NCBI GenBank assembly: GCA_963675785.1 | Contig: OY776562.1 | Span: 2,016,001 to 2,080,000 of the forward strand | Reading direction: 5' to 3' | Length of the DNA: 64,000 nucleotides | Origin: Anaerolineae bacterium | GTDB lineage: Bacteria; Chloroflexota; Anaerolineae; UBA1429 | Part shown: in pieces, positions 10,071-18,380 of the stretch | How positions within the stretch are numbered: the stretch's first letter is position 1 | How the letters are laid out: each line of letters opens with the position of its first letter | The notes under the pieces: generated by a model | What the model was told of the DNA's origin: nothing | Databases searched by the model: none | Seen by the model: the letters and a program-made list of their open reading frames with translations, nothing else | Position numbers and translations under genes: made by a program

Positions 10071-11423
10071 TCAACCCTGAAGCACTGCCGAAGCGATAGA
10101 AAAATAGATCAAGAGGCCTGTGGCGTCTACCACAGTGCTCATCAACGGGCCGGAAACCAAGGCAGCATCAATGCCGACACGAACGGCCAAAAGCGGCAGC
10201 AGCGTTCCTGCAAATTCGGACCAAACCACGATGCAGAGCATGGCCAACCCCACCACCAGCGCCACTTCGATGCCACTATTCCACAGGGCGAGGGCAACCA
10301 AAAATCCGCCCAGGGCCAGCAACAATCCAAGAAGCAGCGAAGTACGCAACTCTCGCCATAGAACTGCCAGTGCATCACGTGTGTGAATATCGCCAACAGC
10401 CAGAGCACGAATGATGGTTGCAGTAGTCTGCGAGCCAACATTGCCACCGGTGCCAGTGAGCAGCGGCACAAAAACGCTGAGAATGATCACACTGTTTAGC
10501 AGCTCTGAGAATCTGCTCATAACGGTACCCGTTAGCGTGCCGGTTACAAAAAGGAGCAACAACCAGCCGATTCGCTTGCCCACCGAGCTGAGAATCGTCG
10601 TATCCAGATAAGGGCGCCCCAAAGGTACGCTACCGCCAAAGCGCTGCACGTCCTCCGTCGCTTCGTCTTCTAGCACATCAACCAGGTCATCGACGGTGAT
10701 AACACCTACAAGGTGATGTTCTGCATCCACAACCGGCACGACACTCAAGTCATAGCGCGCCATCAGACGGGCCACATCCTCCTGTGGCGTATCCGTAGTG
10801 GTAAAAAGCACATCGGTATCCATGATGGAGCGCATGGTATCGTGGCTTTCGGCACGGATGAGATCAAGAGCGCTTACCGAGCCAAGAAGCCGGCCCTCTG
10901 CGCCAATAACGAAAAAATATGAAAACTCGGGACCGCGTGGTTCCCAGGCTCGTACAAGAGCCGGTGCTTCTCGGGCCTGCATACCCGCCGGAAAAGCAAG
11001 GAACTCGGTCGTCATCAGACCGCCGGAGGTGTCATCTTCGTGTTCAAGCAGCGATTCGACTTCGGCTGAATCTTGCATGACGTCCAAAGTAGCCTGGGCC
11101 ATTTCGGGAGACAGATCGTTCAAAAGGTCTGCCGCCTCATCGGGCTCCATCTCGTCCAAAATTCCGGCAAGATCGCCAGCATTCAGACGCGTCGCTACTA
11201 TAGCCGCATCCTCATCCTCCAGTTCCTGAAGGATGTCGGCAGCAGATTCGACATCAAGCTCGGGCAGCAATGCATCCTGCTGTTCGGGCAGCAGGTCTTC
11301 AAAGACATCCGCCTGGTCGGGCGGCAAAAGGGATTCGATGATTTCGATGGCACTGGTGACGTCGTCACGCTCAAGAAGCTCGCGGACACGCATCAAGGTG
11401 CGATCAAGAGTACGGGACTCCAT
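10071..11423 (-). CDS. mgtE: magnesium transporter MgtE
   Basis: Acidic N domain, two CBS domains (GGLMTTE, GVITVDD), GGNVGSQ and SGPLMSTVVD TM motifs; ATG 11423 after AAAGGAGG. Confidence 0.95.
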   Translation of the reverse strand: MESRTLDRTLMRVRELLERDDVTSAIEIIESLLPPDQADVFEDLLPEQQDALLPELDVESAADILQELEDEDAAIVATRLNAGDLAGILDEMEPDEAADLLNDLSPEMAQATLDVMQDSAEVESLLEHEDDTSGGLMTTEFLAFPAGMQAREAPALVRAWEPRGPEFSYFFVIGAEGRLLGSVSALDLIRAESHDTMRSIMDTDVLFTTTDTPQEDVARLMARYDLSVVPVVDAEHHLVGVITVDDLVDVLEDEATEDVQRFGGSVPLGRPYLDTTILSSVGKRIGWLLLLFVTGTLTGTVMSRFSELLNSVIILSVFVPLLTGTGGNVGSQTTATIIRALAVGDIHTRDALAVLWRELRTSLLLGLLLALGGFLVALALWNSGIEVALVVGLAMLCIVVWSEFAGTLLPLLAVRVGIDAALVSGPLMSTVVDATGLLIYFSIASAVLQG

Positions 11424-11488
11424 ATGGCCTCCTTTGCAGAGCAGCAGATTGGCTTGCCAATACCGCTCCACACCAGAAGGCTGGCCTG

Positions 11489-11611
11489 TTAAAGGCCGAG
11501 GCAACTCCTATGGGGTGAGGTGGGGTAAGGGGTCAAGACCAACTCTGCACAACCCTGACGATAGCTAGGACTCGGTATCGGTATGTCAGGTTGTGATGAG
11601 GGGTCTTCCAT
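11489..11611 (-). CDS. putative proline-rich leader peptide (uORF) of mgtE, 40 aa, MEDPSSQPDIPIPSPSYRQGCAELVLTPYPTSPHRSCLGL
   Basis: Hand-translated (below the ORF-track cutoff); SD-like GGAAGAGGT 5' of the ATG; 8 Pro in 40 codons; stop 65 nt before the mgtE ATG. Confidence 0.55.
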   Translation of the reverse strand: MEDPSSQPDIPIPSPSYRQGCAELVLTPYPTSPHRSCLGL

Positions 11612-11692
11612 GTTATCTACCTCTTCCAATAGATGCAGGTGATGGGTTGACTGCATCGCAATCGAATAATTCGCGCTGGTGCTCGTAAGCTC

Positions 11693-12175
11693 TTACTTGA
11701 GAGACGAAAGACGTCGCTGCACTTCATCCAGCTGTTGCTCAAGGGCTTCTGCCTCTTCGTGCAAACGTCCAACAGCATCATGCTCGCAACCACCCTCGGC
11801 GGGCGTTTCAGCATCATGATCATGACCCGCGCACGCTTCAACCCCATCGAGCTTGCCACCTAAAAACTGCTCGACTGACTGTTGAACCGTACCCATAGCG
11901 CCAGTCACGGGCTTGATGCCAAACTGCTCAAAAAACTCTACCGCACGAGCGCCCATGCCGCCGGACAACATTACGTCCGCACCCAAAGAGTTGATAAATT
12001 GCGGCACCTGGCCTGGTTGATGCGATGTATAGAATGGATTATCTACTGTTTTGACGGCCTCAACTGTACCGCCTTCAGAGACATCCACGAGCACAAAGAA
12101 AGGGCAACGCCCAAAATGGGGCGCTACAACCGAGATCAATCCATTATTGTTATCAGCCGATACAGCAATACGCAT
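11693..12175 (-). CDS. NifB/NifX-family (dinitrogenase FeMo-cofactor-like) protein with His/Cys-containing tail and coiled coil
   Basis: MRIAV, HFGRC, GGMGARA, C-terminal CAGHDH...CEH. Confidence 0.8.
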   Translation of the reverse strand: MRIAVSADNNNGLISVVAPHFGRCPFFVLVDVSEGGTVEAVKTVDNPFYTSHQPGQVPQFINSLGADVMLSGGMGARAVEFFEQFGIKPVTGAMGTVQQSVEQFLGGKLDGVEACAGHDHDAETPAEGGCEHDAVGRLHEEAEALEQQLDEVQRRLSSLK

Positions 12176-12177
12176 GG

Positions 12178-12663
12178 CTATTGCTCCCTCTCTAGTTCGC
12201 TTATGCGGACCATAATTGCCGCCAATCGCTTTCGAAGTTCTGCGGCTTCACGAGCCAGACTGGCGATCTCTTCTTCTCTGGTCTTTTGTGCAACAGCTAC
12301 AGAAGGGCCTGCGTGCGATCCAACCGTCGCATCGGCCACGGCAACAGCCTTTTTACTCAGGACCTGCGCCACAGCCTCACGAATAGTGCCGCTCTTGATC
12401 TGATATACAGCAATACCCGCAGCCGAAAGCACTTCCATCGCGTTGGGGCCTACGTTGCCCGTAATAACAGCCTCTGCGCCACGCTCTACAATGAACTGCG
12501 CACTTTGGATACCGGCCCCACCACTGGCCCCCGCCGAAGCATTCTCTGCCGCCTCGATTGCCATCGTCTCCGTATCAACAAAAACGAGATTCGGGCACCG
12601 CCCAAACATCGGACTGATGGGGTCATCCAACTGAGACCCTTTGGCCGAGACAGCTATAAGCAC
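12178..12663 (-). CDS. NifB/NifX-family protein with C-terminal coiled coil (DUF5320-like)
   Basis: FGRC, GGAGIQSAQ, ITGNVGPNA, SHAG. Confidence 0.82.
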   Translation of the reverse strand: MLIAVSAKGSQLDDPISPMFGRCPNLVFVDTETMAIEAAENASAGASGGAGIQSAQFIVERGAEAVITGNVGPNAMEVLSAAGIAVYQIKSGTIREAVAQVLSKKAVAVADATVGSHAGPSVAVAQKTREEEIASLAREAAELRKRLAAIMVRISELEREQ

Positions 12664-12736
12664 GGCGTACGCTCCCCTCTATTGATGCGTAAAAGTAACC
12701 TTAGCCGGAACATCCTAACACCGCCAGCAGGCCCTG

Positions 12737-13732
12737 TCAACTGTCTTCCGCAGCACCGGCAAGACCTGCCACACAAGCTTGCTCGATTATGTCGAGAAGA
12801 TGGAGCATCACCTCTAGATCGACCGGCTCTAGTAGCTGATTGCGCCATTCGGTAGCCTTATGCAGGCCCCGCACATAACGCACCAGGTGTTTACGAAACT
12901 GAATGATGCCTCGCTGCTCACCATCAATGGCAACCATCTCCAGCAAATGCCGTCGGATCATAGCAAAGCGTTGCTCTAGCGGCACGTTCTCAATATCGAC
13001 GCGGGCGAATATCCAGGGGTTCCCCACAGCGCCACGACCGATCATCACACCCTGACAGCCAGTAACCTCATAAATGGCATCGATGTCGGCGACACTGCGC
13101 ACATCGCCATTGGCGACTATGGGAATCTGCACCGCTTTAACCACGCGAGCAATAGCCTGCCAATCGGCCTGACCACTGTATGCCTGTTCTTTGGTGCGAC
13201 CGTGTACAGCTACCATGGCCGCACCGTTATCCTCCAGAACTCGAGCAGCCTCAACATGAACAAGGGACTCGGCATCCCAGCCCAGGCGAATCTTGGCCGT
13301 AACCGGCACCGACAGCGATGAGGTCAGGGCGTTCATGATGACACCTATGTGGTCTAGTTCTTTCAGGAGAGCGGCGCCGCGGCCTCCCCCGGCAACACGG
13401 CGTGCAGGGCAGCCCATGTTTATGTCGATGAAATTGGGGTGTGCATAGGCGATAACTGCCTCAGCTGCACGCAAGAGTTGTTCTGGCTCGCGGCCCAACA
13501 GTTGAACCGATAGTGGGCGTTCTTCTTCTGTATAGGCGAACAGCGGCTGGCCGCGTTCGACCATGTGAACCAGCCCCTCATCAGAAAGAAGCTCAGTATA
13601 GCTGATAGCCGAACCCTGCTCGCGGCAGATGCGCCGAAAGGGAGCATCCGAGTACCCGGCCATGGGGGCCAGGATCAGATCGCCATCCAGCTCTTTGTCC
13701 GCAATTGTCAGAGGAGGGTGTGAACCCTGCAT
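12737..13732 (-). CDS. dusB: tRNA-dihydrouridine synthase B
   Basis: LAPMAG, INMGCP, KIRLGW, HGRT, NGD, MIGRG, RKH. Confidence 0.92.
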   Translation of the reverse strand: MQGSHPPLTIADKELDGDLILAPMAGYSDAPFRRICREQGSAISYTELLSDEGLVHMVERGQPLFAYTEEERPLSVQLLGREPEQLLRAAEAVIAYAHPNFIDINMGCPARRVAGGGRGAALLKELDHIGVIMNALTSSLSVPVTAKIRLGWDAESLVHVEAARVLEDNGAAMVAVHGRTKEQAYSGQADWQAIARVVKAVQIPIVANGDVRSVADIDAIYEVTGCQGVMIGRGAVGNPWIFARVDIENVPLEQRFAMIRRHLLEMVAIDGEQRGIIQFRKHLVRYVRGLHKATEWRNQLLEPVDLEVMLHLLDIIEQACVAGLAGAAEDS

Positions 13733-14866
13733 TTAACGCACCGTTCTCTTGCCACCACCCTGCTCCCAGCTAGCAAGCAAGGCCTGGACTTCTTCTCGGG
13801 TCACCACAGGCAGATCGAACATCATGGTCTGCTTGAGGCAGCTAGCTGCATCGCCCACCAGAACACCCTTTTGCAAGGCTGCTGCAGCACCAGTTTCTGT
13901 GAGCAAACCATAATAAAAGCCGGCATTCCAGGCATCGCCGCCACCCAGACGGTCCAATAAGGTGATGCTACGCACGGCAGGCGAGCGATAAAAATGCCCC
14001 TCGGCATCCATGGCCGCAGATTCCCAACGATGCTGCTCAAAACTATCAGGGTAGCGCAGCGTAAGTGCTACCAAACGCAGGCCAAAACGCTGCAACAGCC
14101 CGCGCATAAACACTTGCAAGTCATCATCAGACACAGGCCCCAGATCACCGTTCACAATCGCCTGGGGGCTATACTGGCCAATGCCAATATCGTACAAGCC
14201 GGCGATGTTGACGATACTGGTGATAAGAATGTCTACCTGCTCCTCCAGGATTGGCGTCATCACCGCCAACGCTTCCTGTTTGCCCCACAGGGTAGAGCGA
14301 TAGTTATAATCCAAGCCGACCAAACAATCCGTGGGGCGAGCCACCATAGCCTCATTAAAGGCTTCGAGCAGATAATTGCGGGCATAACCGCTGTGGCGGG
14401 CCAAACCAAAGGAGATGCCAGATGTGTGAAAGAGCCGGCAGCCTGCTAGCGCTTGTTCCCAGTCCACCATGCCAGCACCGAGCTTGCTGGCCGCCGAGTG
14501 CATTCGCTGATACCAGCCCGCACCAGGGCGCGGCGTACGGCCCAATTCATACAAAAACCGCCCGATGGGCTCTGTTTGAGGGGCCCAACAAAAATGCTCC
14601 GTGTTGACGCCCATAGAACGGGCAATATCCCGTACCTGCCAGCCATAGGGATTATCGGGTACGCGCGTGATAAAGGAAGAAGACAGCCCCAGACGCTGCA
14701 GAGCAATAGCCAAAGAGTATTCACTGCCTGCTAAAGAGACATCCACTCGCCGCGTACGCTCCAAACGCTCGCCATCAGCGGGCGTATCCCGTACCATCAC
14801 TTCGCCAAAGGTGACAAAGGCGTTTGCACCCAACGCCTCAGGAGTATCTGCTAGGATATCGAACAT
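13733..14866 (-). CDS. PfkB-family sugar kinase, 2-keto-3-deoxygluconate kinase-like
   Basis: TFGEVM, DYNYRSTLW, DRLGGGDAWNAG. Confidence 0.8.
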   Translation of the reverse strand: MFDILADTPEALGANAFVTFGEVMVRDTPADGERLERTRRVDVSLAGSEYSLAIALQRLGLSSSFITRVPDNPYGWQVRDIARSMGVNTEHFCWAPQTEPIGRFLYELGRTPRPGAGWYQRMHSAASKLGAGMVDWEQALAGCRLFHTSGISFGLARHSGYARNYLLEAFNEAMVARPTDCLVGLDYNYRSTLWGKQEALAVMTPILEEQVDILITSIVNIAGLYDIGIGQYSPQAIVNGDLGPVSDDDLQVFMRGLLQRFGLRLVALTLRYPDSFEQHRWESAAMDAEGHFYRSPAVRSITLLDRLGGGDAWNAGFYYGLLTETGAAAALQKGVLVGDAASCLKQTMMFDLPVVTREEVQALLASWEQGGGKRTVR

Positions 14867-14904
14867 GCACTTCCTCCTTCATCTATCCGGGTTCTTCTTA
14901 TTTG

Positions 14905-14965
14905 CCGGATACAAAACAATCCGGACGGATACAAAACAATCCGGGCGGATAAAAAACAATCCGGA
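14905..14965. repeat. three tandem 20-bp units, each internally palindromic (CGGAT-N8-ATCCG)
   Basis: cggatacaaaacaatccgga / cggatacaaaacaatccggg / cggataaaaaacaatccgga at 14906, 14926, 14946. Confidence 0.9.
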
Positions 14966-14970
14966 TGATG

Positions 14971-15003
14971 AAAAGCACCGCACGACCAAGGCCGTGCGGT
15001 GCT
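14971..15003 (-). terminator. intrinsic terminator of the flotillin operon
   Basis: GCACCGCACG...CGTGCGGTGC stem with a T-tract on the minus strand. Confidence 0.75.
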
Positions 15004-15020
15004 GCGATGCGAACTAACGA

Positions 15021-16526
15021 TCATTCAGCCTTGCTGGTTGACATCTCTCCAGCGTCGGTCTGCGTGTCTGCGGCACTGGCAGGCTTATCTTCCGTAGAAG
15101 CATCCTTTGCCAAAACCTGGCTTGATTCAGACTCGATGTTCCCCAAATACTCGGGGAGCTCAAGCCCTGCCATTTTGGCTACTTCGTGCATGGGAGGCAG
15201 CACGCCAACCAGGCGTCGTCCAAGGCCAGAAAGTCCTCCTTCATCAGAACCCGAATCCCAAACCATGACCTTTTCGATGGGCAGGTCTTTGATGGCCTGA
15301 GCCTGAACGCCAGCCACCTCAGCGAGCTTTTCGATGACCAGGAAGGTCGATGCGGCCTGAGAACCACCGCAGGCGTTCACAAGCTGCTTGTATCCATCAG
15401 CCTTGGCGTCCAGAATTGCCTGGGTGCCCTCAGCCTCGGCGAACATCTTGGCCTTGACGGCGTTGGCAGCACCTGTAGCGACCAATTCCTGGCGCTGCTT
15501 TTCGGCTTGTGCTGCAATCGTAACCTGTTCGAGGTTTGCCTGAGCAGGCACAATCACTTCGGCCTTTAAGCGTGCATTCTCGCGCTCGGCACGGGCGATT
15601 TCAGCGTTACGCTGGGCATTCTCTTCTGCCACACGGATGGCACCATCAGCCACGCGAGAAGCCTCTTGCGCCAGGCGTCGCGCCTCTTGCTGAATGACTT
15701 CTTTATCGGCCGTGTACTGGGCCTTTTTAGCATCGTTTTGCGTTTCGGTTTGAACAGCCTGAGCATCCAGGTCAGCAAGTTGCTGACGGCGATCTCGCTC
15801 GGCCTCTTTTTCGCCGATCTCGGCAGCAGCCTCAGCGGCGGCAACAGACCGACGACGGTCACGCACGCGCTCAGCAACACCCGTCTGACCCGTCTTTTCC
15901 TGCTCTGCCACATCAATCAAAGCCTGGTTGATGGCCTCAGCGGCAGCCTTACGGCCGATAGCCTGGATGTAGCCGCTCTCATCCGAAATATCTCGAACGT
16001 TGACGTTGATAACCGAAAGGCCGACTTTTTCCAATTCGCCAGAAAGCGCTTCATTGACGCGCTCCATAAAGGCCAGTCGGTCACGGTTGATCTCTTCAAT
16101 CGCCATGGTAGCAATGACGGCACGCATCTGACCAAGGATGATGTCCTCGGCCTGACTCTGAATCTGCTCTTTGCTCAGGCCCAACAGGCGCACTGCGGCA
16201 TTGGCCATCAGCGCCGGATCGGTCGAAATAGCAGTTGTGACCGTGGTGGGCACAGAAACACGAATGTTTTCGATGCTCAGTGCGTTATCGAGCTCGATGG
16301 GCACTGCAAAGGGCTCAAGGCTCAGATACGCATAATCCTGGATGAGCGGCCACACGAACGCCGCGCCACCGTGGATCGTCTTGGCAACGCCCCGATTTGT
16401 TTTACCATAGACTACCAGTATCCGGTTAGACGGACACCTCCTAAAGCGCCGCGCCAGCGTGAGGAACAACGCCAGCACAATGAGTGCCAGGATAAAAGCC
16501 AAAATTACAGCTTGACTACCGTCCAT
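15021..16526 (-). CDS. flotillin-family (SPFH domain) protein
   Basis: N-terminal TM, RRCPSNRILVVYG, GGAAFVWP, AEA-rich coiled coil; ATG 16526 after AAAGGAG. Confidence 0.9.
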   Translation of the reverse strand: MDGSQAVILAFILALIVLALFLTLARRFRRCPSNRILVVYGKTNRGVAKTIHGGAAFVWPLIQDYAYLSLEPFAVPIELDNALSIENIRVSVPTTVTTAISTDPALMANAAVRLLGLSKEQIQSQAEDIILGQMRAVIATMAIEEINRDRLAFMERVNEALSGELEKVGLSVINVNVRDISDESGYIQAIGRKAAAEAINQALIDVAEQEKTGQTGVAERVRDRRRSVAAAEAAAEIGEKEAERDRRQQLADLDAQAVQTETQNDAKKAQYTADKEVIQQEARRLAQEASRVADGAIRVAEENAQRNAEIARAERENARLKAEVIVPAQANLEQVTIAAQAEKQRQELVATGAANAVKAKMFAEAEGTQAILDAKADGYKQLVNACGGSQAASTFLVIEKLAEVAGVQAQAIKDLPIEKVMVWDSGSDEGGLSGLGRRLVGVLPPMHEVAKMAGLELPEYLGNIESESSQVLAKDASTEDKPASAADTQTDAGEMSTSKAE

Positions 16527-17247
16527 TCTGAACTCCTTTATTTGCTTCAATGTCGCCAGCCAAAGAGACGGATAGAACCCCATCACTACTGACGCTACGA
16601 ACAATGACCTCTTGCCCCGCTACAAGCTCGCTCCCCTCGGCGGATCTCGCCCGAAGATACGAAAGCCGATCGTCGGCAAGAACTCGCACTTGCCCAGTGC
16701 CTTCCGCAGGTATACGAATGTACACCGTAGCCGTTTTCCCAATCGTCGATGATAGCTTTAGATTTCCTTCTTCGGTCAGCTTGGGCAAGAGCCAGAAAAA
16801 ACCAGCCACAATCAGCATACCAGCCAAGCCCCAAGCCAGGGCGATCAACAAACTATTTGCGATGCTAGCGTTATCTTGCAGGTACAGGGCCCCAGCCCAG
16901 CTAAAAAGCGTGCCAAAGGCAAGTACCGAACGCACAGACAGTAAACGGAAAGTAGCCAAACCACCGCTATCTTCGACAAGGTTGCCATCTGCTGTGCCGG
17001 CGTCCCCATGAATGTCACCGTGGATATCGCCATGGATATCCATGTGCAAATCCACATGAGACAAATCCACATCGCCACCCATATCAACATCCATGCCGCC
17101 AGTGCCTGCGTCCAGGTCGGCATCTCCTGCGCCGCCCAACCCAATGATCGAGGCGATGAGTTGCCAGCCAAAGAGCACGCTGAAGAATACAGCGCCACCC
17201 CAGAAAATCTGATTCAAAAGCGAAAGATCATTCCACCAGGCAGCCAT
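16516..17247 (-). CDS. NfeD-like (YuaF-type) membrane protein, flotillin partner
   Basis: TM segments, Asp/His-rich loop, C-terminal OB-fold-like GKTATVYIRIP...GQV. Confidence 0.8.
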   Translation of the reverse strand: MAAWWNDLSLLNQIFWGGAVFFSVLFGWQLIASIIGLGGAGDADLDAGTGGMDVDMGGDVDLSHVDLHMDIHGDIHGDIHGDAGTADGNLVEDSGGLATFRLLSVRSVLAFGTLFSWAGALYLQDNASIANSLLIALAWGLAGMLIVAGFFWLLPKLTEEGNLKLSSTIGKTATVYIRIPAEGTGQVRVLADDRLSYLRARSAEGSELVAGQEVIVRSVSSDGVLSVSLAGDIEANKGVQNGR

Positions 17248-17284
17248 GAAATCTCCTTATCTGCCGCAACAAATACACAAACTA

Positions 17285-18247
17285 CTAGAACTGTATGGAT
17301 TCGCCAGCCTGTGCGGCCCAAGCGATCTCGATAGATCGTAGCGAATCGCTGACAGTGGGCGACAATGCCTTTTGAGCACGGAGCGCTTCCACAAAGGCTG
17401 CACTCTCGCCCCAAAAGCCGCAGATACGTTCTGGCGGCTCGGAATCCTCATTCTCCAGGCGCTCAACCAGCTTGCCGCGTTCATATCCCTCATAAAAGCC
17501 AGGATAGTGCGTCAACCAATCAGTGAGGCCATCGGCAATGCAGGTGTAATCGCCAGCATGACCAGAATAGCGCTCACTCTGGACGCCCACCTGCGGGAGC
17601 ATCTCCATACGACCGCTGGCCCCACCCGCAAAAGCAAAGGCGACCAAACGACTGCCTCGACGCCCGACGATCGTCTCGATTGAATCCACGCGATCATCAG
17701 CCAAATAGCACAGCGCATCTAGGCCGTGCAGGCCAGTGGCAAAAGGGAACACATCTTCATCGCGATGCGTACGGTAAAACTGGCAGGACACTGCATCCGC
17801 GCCGCCGCGGGCTCGAAGCTGATCGCGCATGCGCACCAAGAAAGGCGTAAACCGCCGGTTAAAGGCCACCATGTTGGGCGTTCCGGTTTCCCGGGCGATG
17901 GTTGCTAACTCGCGCGCCTCAGCCAGATTTGCTCCGGGCGGCTTTTCCATCAGTGTGGGTACGCCTGCCCGCAGAAAATAGCCGGAAACTTGACACGTGA
18001 GTGCCACCGGCACCAACACCCAAACAGCGTCGAGCTGCGCTCGTTCGACGAGTTGATGGTAATCACTATAGGCAGCCTCAAAGCCGTATTGTGCCGCCGC
18101 GGCAGATGCTCGATCGGCATCGACATCACAGACGGCAGCCAGCACCAAATCGCCGTGCTCACGCGCCAAAGCACGTAACGACGGCAAATGGTAGCGGTTT
18201 GCAATGCTGCCCACGCCTACAACGCCGATACGCACATATGCCTCCAT
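17285..18247 (-). CDS. Gfo/Idh/MocA-family oxidoreductase
   Basis: GVGSIA, EKP, FNRRF, H-x-x-D. Confidence 0.85.
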   Translation of the reverse strand: MEAYVRIGVVGVGSIANRYHLPSLRALAREHGDLVLAAVCDVDADRASAAAAQYGFEAAYSDYHQLVERAQLDAVWVLVPVALTCQVSGYFLRAGVPTLMEKPPGANLAEARELATIARETGTPNMVAFNRRFTPFLVRMRDQLRARGGADAVSCQFYRTHRDEDVFPFATGLHGLDALCYLADDRVDSIETIVGRRGSRLVAFAFAGGASGRMEMLPQVGVQSERYSGHAGDYTCIADGLTDWLTHYPGFYEGYERGKLVERLENEDSEPPERICGFWGESAAFVEALRAQKALSPTVSDSLRSIEIAWAAQAGESIQF

Positions 18248-18380
18248 GAATAACAGACTGCCTCATCTTAGGTTGACAGCGAACGCGCGTCAACTATATA
18301 CCATATCGCGGTTGCACTTGATGCACTGCCTGCCTATGATGCAGCCATTATTTATTGCACATCAGGAGTGCGTGCCAATT

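Noticed and set aside
11424-11692. M-box (ykoK) or yybP-ykoY riboswitch upstream of mgtE
   Set aside because: I could not find the M-box core (e.g. TAGGTGAGGCT) or a yybP-type signature on the minus strand. A uORF explains the region better; an Rfam scan is still needed.
11693-12663. Nitrogen fixation genes
   Set aside because: NifX-like domains are common in non-diazotrophic anaerobes; no nifHDKENB in the window.
14905-14965. Mini CRISPR array
   Set aside because: The units abut with no unique spacers, are only 20 bp long, and there are no cas genes.
15666-16592. Long antisense ORFs (308 aa here; also 36469-37311, 38961-39722, 63105-63956)
   Set aside because: They shadow well-supported genes on the opposite strand and have no recognisable motifs, as expected from codon bias.
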